From the NCBI GenBank assembly GCA_026770705.1, contig JANJGN010000036.1, positions 1,922,001 to 1,986,000 of the forward strand: a stretch of DNA of 64,000 bases, read 5' to 3'. The position numbers and the translations under genes were made by a program. This document shows positions 50,898 to 64,000 of the stretch, piece by piece (position 1 is the first letter of the stretch; each line of letters opens with the position of its first letter). The notes beneath the pieces were generated by a model. The model was not told the DNA's origin, did not search any database, and saw only the letters and a list, made by a program, of their open reading frames with translations. The DNA is from Isurus oxyrinchus. Lineage: Eukaryota.

Positions 50898-52687
50898 TTG
50901 GAGAGGAAAAAGGTGGAGTGCTCACAGTCTGCTTCCCGAACATGGCCAGCTGTAGAAAGTTTCCTCTGATCACATGTAAGTCTGAGAGTCCAATCGACGC
51001 AAATTCAGGCGCGTTCTCGGTGCAATTCTGTGATTTTGCCCAAAGCGAAGACTGATTTGTCTCTTAATGCTAGCTGTTCGAAAGATCAGATCTCAAATTC
51101 CAGCTCCTCCAGGTTTCTGTGATCTGATTTTAGTGTTTATATTAAAATTCTGCATAATTATACAGTATGTGAGCGAGACATAATTCAAATAAGTTTCACA
51201 ATGTATCAGTGCTCGAATTACCTAGATATTAAAACAGAATTGAAAACCAATGACGGCTCTGTGATTCGATTTTTTTTCCATTTATGCCAGGTGCGCTCAG
51301 ATACCTCTGAGGACAAGGTACAAACATATTTATAGAGCGAAGGTAAACAAGATAGAAGTTGTTTTAGGAACCGAAGGGCACTGAATGGGGATTTGGGCTG
51401 TATTGATATGAAAGTTGCAATGTTAATGGACCCCAAGCCTTCGATGGTTGTGTCCAAGGAGGGAATAGTGTTACAATTACTCTGGAAGGAAGATTATTTA
51501 CAATTCATCCGCCGTCTTGATAATAAACTTGAGTGGAATTTAATGACTACAATCACTGGATCGAAGACAATTAAAGCACAGGAAGAGGCCATTCTGCTCG
51601 TCACACCTGTGCCAGGTCTTTGAATGTGCACTTTAGTACCACACTACATCCATCTCCTCATGGTCCTAAGGATTAATGTTCTTGTAGCACACCGCCCATT
51701 AAATGTTAATGTCTGTCCTGCATACAGCACGTCCCATCGGCTGTGACTGAAAGTGCCTTGCTGGCCATGTTCATAATTCACAAATGTGAACACAATTCGC
51801 TCCTCACATTAGAGTATCAGTCAAAAGCATCAGTAAATTTGAGCTAATATTTCATTGAGATGTCATCCATTTCCATGACATCTTTAATTTCATCAATATT
51901 AAAAGGCTGGCCTGGAAGCCCTTGGTGTGCTGATTGCCGGATTTTTTTTTAGTGATTAAACTCTGATCTGCAGAACTTTTTATGATCCCCGTTTGTTACG
52001 ATTAGAAACATTCCCAAATTTACACTGGCTTGTTCTGCTGTAAAGATTCGTTCTGGGCAGATAACTGGGGAGTTTTTCGAGACATTTATGACAAGATGCA
52101 CATGGAAAAAGTCGTTCAGCGAAGCACAGTTCATCCATCTGTAAAGGCTCTGTCATCCTCAGCCTGCAGGACAATGACTGCTTCTTAAAAGAAAAGAAAC
52201 TCAGGGCATTCGCAAACGTCACCCTATTGCCCTTATGCAGAAAACCATCCTTAGTGCTGATCATTCTGTGCGTCATCGAATCCCAGGCATCCGTCATGTT
52301 AATATAATGACACATTAATCTGCAGGCACACAAGAGCCATTCAGTCCCTCTATTTGGATCTGGCATTCGATCTGATCATGGCTGATGTTAGGAAATTGAG
52401 ATAGTTTAACTAAATTATATATATATATAGAGGTTTAGCTTTAAGGTACACATTTAAGTTTATATTATGTTTTTTTTTCTATTTGTCGATTAAAATATGA
52501 AACCTGGCATCTAGTTTCATTTTTGAGTGGAGGCAGCAGGCCTAAAGTTGTTTGTACACTTGCATTTCTAAAGGGTTTTATGACCCTTGAAGAGAAGGTA
52601 AAGCAAACACAAGAGTAGAAACGAAAACGGCGCTGTTACCCAGCAATAGGTGTCCAAGGAGGGTGGTTTTCGCAGACATAACCACAT

Positions 52688-52821
52688 NNNNNNNNNNNNN
52701 NNNNNNNNNNNNNNNNNNNNNNNNNNNNNNNNNNNNNNNNNNNNNNNNNNNNNNNNNNNNNNNNNNNNNNNNNNNNNNNNNNNNNNNNNNNNNNNNNNNN
52801 NNNNNNNNNNNNNNNNNNNNN
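52688..52821. other. Assembly gap
   Basis: N run. Confidence 1.
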
Positions 52822-55152
52822 CTTTTTCTGTTTACTTGAAAACAGCTGCAAGAGAGAGGCTAGATAGCAGAGGGACAGATGGCTAGGCCAAAGCAAAAAT
52901 TGAGGCAGGACTCCAGATAAGCAGCCTACTGTGGGAAGGGACGGCAGAGAGCAGATTTTCCAAAAGAGCTGAAAGTTCCTAAGGCCAAGGAGTGAGACAG
53001 AAATGGGCGTAAAATCCCAATGAGATGTTCTTGTCAAATGAAGGACAGGAAACTGAAAAAGGTCCTGCTAATTGAAGTTAAGAGTGAGGTGCTGAGGAAG
53101 GCTTCAGGTTTAAAGGGAAAACATTGAAGGAAGAAATTTAATGTGGGATAAACTTATGACGAACATGAAATTCCAATGAGACAGCTGATGGTCTGTCACG
53201 TTTTACTAAATACGTGTGAATCAGTGGCACACTGGTGACGACTGAGTCAGTGAAAAAGAGTGCGAGAATGGAATCTTGAATGTACATGATGACCTTGGGG
53301 AGAGAAACTTCTTTGGAAGGAGAGTCAAAATCCTGGAGGTGGACCCTTGCAGAACGTGCCTGAGAGAAAGCGTCTGTTTGGAAGAAGGCTGCAAAGCGAG
53401 TTTGTGGATAGTGGAGATTAGAAACTCTAGTGTGAAGGACGGAGCTCAGTGGAACTGGTTGACTCATGGTGTGACAAGCATCTTGTGGGGCGAGTGGGGG
53501 TCGGGGATGGTGGGGGCATTTTGGTGGTGGGAATTGATGAGGCATCGATAGCACCTGTTTCAGGTGTGGGTTGGGTGGTGGGTGTAATTGATTGGATTTG
53601 TGGATATGCTCGTTTGAACTGGCAAAGCTATCTGGCGAGTCACTGCAAGGGAGTTCTGCTCATGCTACCTCTAAACCTCAGCTCCTCAGGTGTAAAAAAG
53701 GGCAGGTGCCAGTGAGGGAGAAACACCATCAGACACCCACTCTGGCGGCACCGGATACGGTGTTTGATGAACTCAATTACCCAACTCAAATCTACCTTTG
53801 AGTATTCATAAAGTCAATAATTAATCTGCTCAGAGACTATTTGACAGGAAAGAGCTAATGAGTCCTTCAGAGACAAAATCACACTGGTTTGAAATTTATA
53901 AAAGCGGATTCAAATACTTTAATGGTGGTTTTGTGGATTTTAGCCTATTATCACATTCTGACACTGTTCACTGGTATAATTTATTCTTCAAAACAAATCA
54001 GATTGAAAATCTAATAAAGGTTGCCTTAAAATTTAGCCGTGGCTTATTCTGCGAGTGAATCGGATTCACCGTTATTGCCCTCAAATTGGATGCCTGGATG
54101 ATTCAGTATATCACAAAACGCGGGTTACTGGACACCAGCTTAAATGTTTTGCGCCGGGTCGCGAAATTCCTGGTCCCGGTTTCGACGTTAAAACTATTAT
54201 AAAGATTGAACAGGCTGAGCCTCTTTCCCCTAGAAAAATGGGGCCTGAGGGGGTGACCAGATCGAAGTATTTAAAATTATGACCATATTCGATACGGCAG
54301 ACATAAAGAAAATATTCCCACTTGTGGCAGAGAGACCAGAACTAGGGACCATCAATATAAGATAGTCGGCAATAAATCCCATCAGGAATGTACGAAAAAT
54401 CCCTTTACTCATAAAGTGTAGAGAAAGTGGAACTCGCTCCCACTGGCAGTGGCCGAGGTGAATCGCAGAGCTGGGTTGAAGGGGGACTGAAGATAAACTC
54501 ACGAGGCAGAAAGTAATGGAAGGATATGCTGATGGGGTGAATGAAGGGGGGGTGGGAGGTGGATCGTGTGGAGCAGAAGAACCGGCACAGAGCAGATGAC
54601 CGATACTCCGCTGATTCCCATGAGTAATTCTGACACAAAGAGACAGGCGGGAAGACAGAATCTGGGTGAAACAATTACTAACATATTAGCGTCATATTCT
54701 AGCTTTCTCTAATCTGATGTGTTTTTGTTGAAACCAGAATAAATTACTGTTGTCTCGGTGAATTAAACAGAACACTCGGAAGGAGGGGCATTTCTACTCC
54801 GCCCACGCAAATGTCATAAGCGGTAATGTTGTTGAATTCAGCACCATTGCCTCTTGTCTCCAGTTTGCACCAGCCTGGACTGCGCACCGCCTGTGACGCG
54901 TGTTTACCAAGATCTGCAGCATGTTGCCCTTTGCAGGCAGAGCCGTGTGCGGTCTCCTAGTCTGTAAACAGGAAACCCTCAGCTAAAACGTACACCGCGC
55001 TGATATTTCCAGTGCGCTATTTTTAAACGTTGCACGTAATTTCCGTGAAATGTGCATTTTCACCACGTCTTCCGAACCCAGGACCAAGAACAGAGACACC
55101 GGAGCTAAGAGACGCTGAAAATGTTAGAGCAAACGGCCCTGGATCCGAGACC

Positions 55153-58100
55153 GAGAGCTTCTTAATGCCCTGTGCGTTGCTGCATCTGTCTCCAGGTTTG
55201 TGTCTTATTCACTCTTCAGTCAGATTGGTTAAAGGCCTGTAAGATAACCAAGTGCAACATTATCCCATTACCCATATTATATAACATTAGCTTCATGTTG
55301 AAGGACTGACTTATCAAAATCGATCAAATATCAACATTCTCCGACCTATAGGATGAGATGTAAAACCGACACCCTCTTTCTGACCCTTTGGGATGGGAAG
55401 GGTCCCCGGGCCACTATTAGCAGAGCAATGGAGGAGTGGGGTGGGGGGACAGAGGCGGCGTTGTTCCCCTCTGTGTCCCTGGGGCCAATATTTATCTCCA
55501 AAACAACATCATTAAAGTTACGATCTGGATCATAATCACCTTGTAATTTGTGGATCTTGCTGTGCCCATTTACAGCTGCCGCTCTTCCGACATGACAACA
55601 GAGACTAAATTCAAAAAAAGTCCTTTAATGTCCCTGAAGCGCCTTTTCCCCTCTTGTTCCTGGTATTGTTTCAAATTTATCCCTCAACATTTGACTCCAT
55701 TCGTCTGTATTAACGAGTGGATGGTCTATTATATATTTTACTGTTGTACCCGATTCGCCATCGGAGGTGTTTTATCTCTTCCTGCCAAAGCAGAACCCAT
55801 AGTGTTGGTTGTGTAACTCTCAGTTACTATACGTCAGGCAGTTTTGTGCCAGACTCCGAAAGTTCAAAGCCTCTCACTTGCACGTACCTACAAGGTGCAT
55901 TTTGACACTTCTTTGTTAGCGCTGGTGTAGAGGCGAGGGGCGGGCGGGGGGCTGGGTGGGGGTGCGTGGACGTGATATTTTATAACCGGAGTCATCGGAC
56001 GCATCTGCCACTAGTTTACACCGTGACAGAATACAAATTTCCAACCGGGAGATTTTCGACAGAATTTAACCAGAATGATTCGGGCATGTTTTCATCAGCG
56101 GGAAGTTCTCTATGTTTAGAAATGGTTCCAAATTTCTCATCAGAGACACAAACGACGGTCATTTTACAAATTACATCATCCACAACCCGGAAGCTATGGC
56201 CAATAGTGATCCCTTCTTAACGCCCGATCCCATCAAGTTCTCCAATGTTCCAGCGTTTTACTCCTCCTCCAGCTGAAATTCTCTGGATGCAAAGTGTCCC
56301 TCTGATGTGCTTGGTGAAATCTGTAGGCCCCGATTCCTCGGCCGTCCGCTGGAGTATTTCCCGGCGGGGTGCCCAGGGACAGAGCGATCCCAGGACATTC
56401 AACGTGGACGGGGCCTACCCCAATAGGAGTTACATAATTCTCTGGGCGGAAACTTGCATCAGAGGCGCTCTCTATACTTGCGCGTTCAAATCAAATCCGG
56501 GGAAAATCTTCCACGTGAAAGTGTCTCATCTCAGAGAAGGAGTTGTTAGTAATTACCTCGTGCATTTAATGTGCGTCCTATTTATTAGCAATATCTCTTT
56601 GTATATTAAAATTCCCCCTTCCCATGTGTCCACGTATCATTTTCTGAGCCCTTACTCCACTCCCATATATCTCACCATTTCAGTATTTAGCTTTCTCAAT
56701 TTTAAGTCCACCTGTCTACTTTGGATAAAAACATATGGAGAGAGATAAACTATTTTGGCATGTCAATGATTAAATAAAATCTCAATTTTCTGTTTATCAC
56801 TTTCACTTTAGATTCTTCTATGTCATTATAATTATTCCATAGAACTTCCAGCACAGAAACAGTTCATTCGGTCCTTTGGCTCGGTGCTGGTGTTCTTGCT
56901 CCAGAAGAACCTCTTCCCATCCCCTCTTCATCTCACCGCATCAACATATCCCTCCGTTCCTTTCTCCCTCATGCGTTTGCACAGCCCAATGGGAATGAGC
57001 TCCACATTCTCACCGGTCCCTGGTTAAAGAATTTTCTCTTGATTTCTGGATTGGATTTATTATTGACTCTGATATTGATGGATTCTAGTTCTAATCGCTC
57101 CCAAAAAGTGCTAATACCTTCTCTACTCCTGGTCAAAAATCCCTTTCGTTGTCTTAAAGATCTTCGTCAGGTCGCCCCACAGACTTCTCTTTTCTATAAA
57201 AACCGATGATAGACTGTTCAAACTTTCCTGACTGTTATTACCTTTTAGTTTTGGTATCATTCCAGTCAACCTTTACTTTTTTGCACCTTCACCTTTGCTT
57301 CTATATTTAATAATGATATTGTGATCAGAATTCTTCACAGGACTCAAAGTGTGGCCCAGCTAAGTCTTGTAATAAGTTTATTGTCACCTTTCTTCTTTTC
57401 ATTGCTGGGTCTTTTTTAAATTCACTGAATTAACCTCTTTCACTTGTTTGAATTATTTTTGTGCCGGTACTTCAGAACCTTCTGCTCATCAATCTGATTT
57501 AAACTCTTATTGTCCCATGAGTGTGTAGCCAAAACCCTATCACTAAATCTTATCCGGACCCCAATCCTTATCCTTCTGAGCAAATCGGTCTCTATATAAC
57601 GTTTCATCCAGGACAAAAGAAAAATAATTTTTTGATGACTATAAGATAATTATTCTTTAATGCGTGGTGGACAAACACTTAGCAAAAGTTATTAACAATC
57701 AATATGGTGAGAATTTCTAAATAGATAGGCGAATTAAGGCCAGCCACAACCGATTTGTGAAAGTGTAGTCATGCTTAACACATTTAATAGAGATTCCTCT
57801 TCTAGAAGTGTCTGAGTGGACAGTAAAACTGAATGCAGTATATAGATCCTGTATGAGGTTCCACAAGGTATTCATGCATTTGTGTTTGATAAATTTATCT
57901 ATGTATCTCTCACNNNNNNNNNNNNNNNNNNNNNNNNNNNNNNNNNNNNNNNNNNNNNNNNNNNNNNNNNNNNNNNNNNNNNNNNNNNNNNNNNNNNNNN
58001 NNNNNNNNNNNNNNNNNNNNNNNNNNNNNNNNNNNNNNNNNNNNNNNNNNNNNNNNNNNNNNNNNNNNNNNNNNNNNNNNNNNNNNNNNNNNNNNNNNNN

Positions 58101-59188
58101 NNNNNNNNNNNNNNNNNNNNNNNNNNNNNNNNNNNNNNNNNNNNNNNNNNNNNNNNNNNNNNNNNNNNNNNNNNNNNNNNNNNNNNNNNNNNNNATCATG
58201 CGTTCACACGCTGTCTATGCGACTGTCTCTCTCTATCTAGCCGTCCACCTAACTTCAAATGTATAAATTTGCTTCGCTTTCCTAATACATTTCAAACTTT
58301 TATTTTAATGTGCTTGGTGATGTTGGTGACAGTGACAAGACTGACATTAACTGCTCATCCAGAGCTGCCCTCTGTAGCTGGTGCTGGATCTCCGTGAACC
58401 TTGTGAAAGTGCAAAAAGGCTCGAGTTGCAGGAGTTCTTCTGAAATACAATGACATTTTCAATCGTTGCTTCCTACCATCTGCAGTTCCCAATTCCCGGG
58501 AGTTCCTATGCGGCAGCGCTTCTCCTTCGGGGGATGGTCGTTGGGGCCGGGAGAAGGAGTTGATGAAAACGGCAATGAGGGATCGATTACAGAGAGGCGC
58601 TCTAACTCTTCGGCGCTCTCAATGCATTTATTAATCACTGGATTTTTGGCACTTTCAGTTGTTTCAACGTGAAATGTCGCTGTTTCAACTCCAATTACAC
58701 TTCACTTTCTAAGAGGCAACATGGACAGTGATGTGGAACTGACACATGCAGAGTATGGGCACAAACCAAGTTGGTCTATGGTGGAATTGTTTCCTGACAT
58801 GTGTAGATATGTTTGACTGAATTGTAAGTAAGGTTTAAAATTCGTAGTTACTGCCATATGAGTCTAGGGGATTTTGCATTGTGCATACTGCAAGATATCA
58901 CTGTTTACGCGCAGCATAACACTGCACCAGTAGATGAAAATATAGATAGGAATTCAACTGAATATGACAAAATTGAGATCGATAGGTTTTTGTTGGTTAA
59001 AGTGCTAAGGAAGGAAGGAGAGGAAATGGCATTAAGATCCAGATCAGAAAGAAGTTGATTGATAGGCAGAACATGCCCGAAGGGCTGAATGGCCTCCTGC
59101 TGATGGTGTGGCTCACGATAACTGTATGTGTTTTCTCTTACAGATTTTTTTTTCTCTGCTGGGTTTTGATGCGCATCCCACAGTCTGA
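55153..59188 (+). pseudogene. A5: type-A pseudogene, inverted paralog of A2
   Basis: Leader 55153-55195 (start codon replaced by GAG); V from 55824 with stop, G-rich insertion and deletion; C1 ~56237-56540; degenerate TM ~58460-58580; cyt1 ~58716-58775; last exon 59144-59188 IFFSLLGFDAHPTV*. Confidence 0.8.
57914..58194. other. Assembly gap
   Basis: N run in an A5 intron. Confidence 1.
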
Positions 59189-60449
59189 TTGCAAACAACA
59201 TTGAGTGCTCAAGTTCTGCTTCTGGGCAATGATGCACTGTGGAAAGATTTCTCTCTTGCGTTCTTATTGGAGGAAAGCCTGGAGTTGTAATCCTTTCCAA
59301 GAGGCTGCCATCTCAAATTCTGTTTCCGCTGAATTCATATTTATTAATAGTAATGGGCAATGCAGCCCACTGATTCGTCACCTACTGGAGACTCTTCAAG
59401 TCTGACAGAACACAGTCCATTTCAAGTCCAATTTTGCTCTCGGAAATTTTAGCTTTCTGTTCAGTTTCAATATTTTTTTTGCTTTCTTCTGGTGGTGTGT
59501 TTAAGTTCATTGTGCATCTTTGTGCAGCGCTTCAGCAGGAATGAGAAAATCAGTGCCCAAGTTAACAACCCATTCAAACATGTTTTGAAACTCAATTATT
59601 GTATTTGGGAGTTCAGGCTCTTTGATCCCTTAGTGCATATGTGCTTAGTGATTCGGCAATGGCAGGTTACAGAATATTTTTACAGGCCAGAGGTGTGCGG
59701 TTTAAAAGTGGGAATAATTCTACAAGAATGATACCAGAACTGAGAATTTATAACAACACTGAAGATTGAACAGACTGTGCCCCTTTTCCCCACAAAAGAG
59801 AAGGCTCAGGGGTGACCTGCTGGCATTCAGATAGAAAGACAATGTTTCCATTTGCAGGCAGAGCTGAAGTAAAGGTCACGAACATTACATAGTCACTAAT
59901 AATTCCAATCAAGAATACAGGAATTCTCCCAGGGGAAAGGGGAGAATGCAGAACTCGTAAACACAGCTAGCAGCCTAGCTAAATAGCTGAGATGCATTTA
60001 AGTGGGAAGCTGGGGAAATATTTTATCAATAAATCAATAGAAGTCTATGCTGGGGGGTTGTTGAGGGTGTGGGAGGAGCATCATGTGGAATACAAACACC
60101 AGCATAGAGCAAAGGATCCGAATTGTCTGTTTCTGCTCTGAAAATAACGTTGAATTTTGCAAAGGAGAAAACATGAGTTGTGACTGAAAGCTGTTTGCTC
60201 TGAAGAGTTTGCATCAATAAAATACTTTCTTCTTCGCACTAAAATAAAAAGTTAAAGCTGAAAGTAGAATTCAAAGGACGTTTCACTGAGGTGATCTGAT
60301 ATTTTTGTGTCACACTTTCAATATTATAAACATTAAAATGTAAGGTTTGAGACCACTGCCTTTTCAGATACATGTTACGACTTCAACCATTGTTATTCAC
60401 TGAGCAAGGGAAATCCCAGAGGGATGCTTGTCTCACTGGTCATATATAA

Positions 60450-60454
<5 letters not shown>

Positions 60455-60506
<52 letters not shown>
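60455..60506 (+). repeat. (TA)n microsatellite
   Basis: Perfect TA run. Confidence 0.9.
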
Positions 60507-60511
<5 letters not shown>

Positions 60512-63500
60512 TTTTTTTTGATTTGAAAACGAGGGGAAAACTTTTACGATCCTTATAGTAAAATATTTAAGAACATGAAAAAAAGTTAATCACACAAGAT
60601 TACTATTTCACGGCTGAAGCAGTCTTACAATGTATTCCTCCGAAACAAATCCTCGCTTTTCAGAAAACACAAGTAAACTATTTTGAAGCAGCTCCCTGAG
60701 GAACTTAAATCATAAAAATCCAGTAATATTACCCAAGGCAAATAGTGCTGCTACTTTAGTGCCGTATACCTCACGACTTCTCATTCTCCTCCAGTCTGCT
60801 GTGGAAGCCCGAAGGAAGTTCAGAAACAGACTCCCTCCTGAAAGCAAAAACTTCTCTGTGTTTAACTGTGGCAGCTGCAACAAATTCCACGTTTTTCACG
60901 GCTCAGAGCTGGGCTGACGGCATTTCCCTCCACACAGCCACCTCAACTCAACCGAACATTTCCCTTAAATACTATTTTCCCCCTTTCATCCTGAGCTCCA
61001 CTGTCCTAAGCATCTCAAATTTAACTCAAATTTTCCAAGCTAAAAAATCCTCCATGCCTCTCTATTGCCTCCACATCCGCATCAAATAAAATTTAATAAC
61101 CTTCCTTTGCTCTCTTAAGAAATATTGGCAACTGAAAAACAAGCCCTTACCTAACATCTTATTCAATATTTAGAACAACAATGTATTTGCCTTTAATGCC
61201 AACATCACCATAGCCTCTCATTATTAATGCATGCATCGAGCTCCTTTGTATTTCATCTCTAAACTCCCACAGGCAATCTGTCTTTACTAACTTTCCCCAG
61301 TTTAATTACCCATGGACAGACAGACACACACACAAACACACACCTACACACATCTTTCTTCACTGAATACCACCATCTCCCCAAATATATAAAAGCAACA
61401 TTCATGTTCATTTCACGTACAAAACCCCACTCATTCACCTTGTTCCCCGACCCCTTGGTACGTACACATCAACAGCTTTCTGAGGGAGAGAGATCCAGAT
61501 TTCCACTCCACATTCCACAGCACCTCTTGCTCCAAAACAAGTGATACTCATGTGACAACTCTGACATGTAGGTTTAAAGTTGGACATAAACCAGAAGGCG
61601 CTTTGCAAAAACGAAATGGAACAATCACAAGTTTCCTGAATAACTGCCCGTGTCTTTCTCTTGCTGTGCTCTAATTCAGTAAATGATAGAACACATAATA
61701 GCTCCGAGAAAGAAGCACAGCACTGAGAGCATCTTAACCCAGGACTGATATTGCCAGATTTGCAGAAATTGCAGTTTGAAACAAGAGACATTTAATTATA
61801 ATTTAATTATTAATGAATACAAACCTCTGGTGCATCGTTATAATCGAAGAATAATTTATTTTATTTACATACAAACATTTGTCAAGAAATGAACATCCTG
61901 TCAGAAACTGGACGAGCATAATCAGCAGACAAATTCCAGAGAAAATAAGGAAAGTTCTTAGCCTTTGCTCAATGTTTATTTCACACTTAAATTACACGAG
62001 AGCGGTGGGATAACCTTAATAATATTTAAAACAACTTCTACATTTAACAAAATGAGCCAGACTTTGTAAGCTCTGTCGAGTGCATGGGGAAAGATTACTG
62101 TTTCATAGGAGCCTCTTTGGCTCCATGTGTATTTCCACTATGCCATGGTTTTTTTTTTTTGGCAAATCCTGTCAACTCCATAATTCATCAGAGAGAAACA
62201 GGCAGGATTCTCATCTGTGACCAGTCTTCTTTTTTGATCTTTTTTCCAAAGCAGCCAAGTCCAGGGACGCGTAGAGAGGTCCGCCTTGTGCCTGGGAGAC
62301 ATATTAAACGTTAACAGCGAAACGTAGCTAAACGATTTCACCCAGAGGGTGGTAGGAATTTGAAACTCACTGTCTGAAAGGGTGGTAGAGGCAGAATCTG
62401 TTAAATAACATTTAAGAAGTATTTGGAAATGCACTTGCGATGCCATGGCATACAAAGCTATGGGCCTAGCACCTGGAAAATTGGAATAGAATAGTTAGTT
62501 ACTTGATTGACCGGCACAGATTTGATGGCCGGAAGGGTCGTTTTCTGTGCTGTAGACCTCTACGATTCTCTGAATATGAATCTCTGAGATAGGCAATATT
62601 ACCCACTCCCGTAACCGCTTTTCACATAATTATAGAATGATACAGCACAGAAGGTGTCCGTTGTGCCCATTGTGTCTGTGCCAACTCTTTGAAAGGGCTA
62701 TGCAGTTAGACCGACTCTACATTTCTCTGTCCCCATATAGCCGCCATTATTTTCCCCTTCCAATATTTTTCTAATCCCTTCTTGAAATTTGCTGTTGGAT
62801 CGGTTTCCATTGCCCTGTATATCAATTTGAGGAATGTTTTGCTTCATTTGTCTGTCAAAAACATGTCCGAATTGATGTTTTGTGACCGAGCAACAGAATT
62901 TGTAAAGCAACTGGAACTGACCAAAGTTTAATCAGAAAACTGTGGTGATGGGTCTATCAATTTGTTTGGATACCTTTGTTGAATCCGATTACTGTGTTTC
63001 ACCCATGTGCCATCTACACGATTGAGTAGAGGCCACAGAATTCATAACATTGAGAAGACTGACGCAAACACAATCAAAAGACGTGCGTTTATATAGCACC
63101 TGCCACGAGCAGAAGAAGCCTCAGAACATTCGCATCCACTTTTTTGAAGTGTAGTCTCTGTTCTTAATGCAAGAGGGCAGCGAACTTAGGCACAGTAAGA
63201 TCCCATAAACAGCAATGAATTGATGAGCTAGATAATTTATCTTTTCAAGATGCTGGTTGAAAGATAAAATATGAAACCCGTCACCAGACAGAACCCCCAA
63301 ACCGGCACCTACCATCCCCCCAACACCCAATCACTGTTCTTCTTGCGATAATGGCGGTTATCATAGAGCCAAAGAGGTCAACATCGCAGAAAAAGACCCT
63401 TCGGCACATCGAGTCTGTGCCGGTCAAACAAGCACCTAGCTATTCTAATTCCATTTTCTAGCACTAGGCCCATGGCCTTGTATGTCACGCACGGTCTTTT

Positions 63501-64000
63501 ATCCAGATCTGCGAGGGCAGACAGGTCCTCGTTTTAACATTCCTGTGAAATGGGCACCTCCGAAAGTGCAGCACGCGCTCTGGATTTCAGTCTAGACTCT
63601 TTGCTAAGCCTCTGTACATATAAGTAAGCACACATACGCACATATACACGTAAACACAAACACACACACACACACACAAATACAAAACTTCTGCTCAAAC
63701 TGATTCCATCTTAGTCCAATTACAACAACAACAACACATTTTGATTTATCGACAAAACTCCTATGGGTTTGGCCTTATCTTCCCTGTAATTCCAATCAGC
63801 AATGTATTTTAGTAATTTGTTTCAGTCGGAAGAGGGACAAAGGAGGGAGTTGTGTGAGGGGTATAAGAGTCACTGTAGAGATAAAAGAAAATAACAGAAA
63901 TCTGAAACATAAGCTGCTGGAAATCCGCCGTTAACCTGATGGGGACATTCGACAAGGAAATTTATCCTGTCATTTCTATGATCAGATGGAGTGAGGGACT

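Noticed and set aside
57717-58397. ORFs containing long X runs (also 49155-49457, 52636-53037)
   Set aside because: Artefacts of assembly N gaps
1-64000. Prokaryotic features (CRISPR arrays, operons, defence systems) and rRNA/tRNA genes
   Set aside because: The sequence is spliceosomal-intron vertebrate DNA; no repeat-spacer arrays or intact structural RNA genes were seen, only SINE tRNA-like heads

Overview
Eukaryotic, intron-containing genomic DNA, most likely from a cartilaginous fish (inferred from CR1/L2-type LINE fragments and short repeats resembling shark/ray SINEs). It is repeat-rich and has three N gaps. The window holds a cluster of antigen-receptor-like Ig-superfamily genes with the layout leader / V domain with a germline-joined J-like segment (no RSS) / C1 domain / transmembrane / short cytoplasmic exons. 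Two sequence lineages are present. Type A has an FGxG J motif, an uncharged TM and a terminal TLYARL tyrosine motif: two apparently intact genes (A1 3293-8432 +, 300 aa; A4 46416-50897 +, 303 aa), two pseudogenes (A2 14944-19359 -, A5 55153-59188 +) and an orphan 3' half (A3 34176-35035 +). Type B has a V domain with an extra CxxxxC and a non-canonical J: B1 (~24311-31188 -; intact leader+V, broken C1) and B2 (~39170-43932 -; pseudogene), plus two TM-exon relics. B and A copies sit head-to-head in a tandemly duplicated unit, and the window is a mosaic of direct and inverted segmental duplications (birth-and-death evolution). Gene models were built by hand from splice sites, exon phases and paralog comparison; no expression data or database searches were available.
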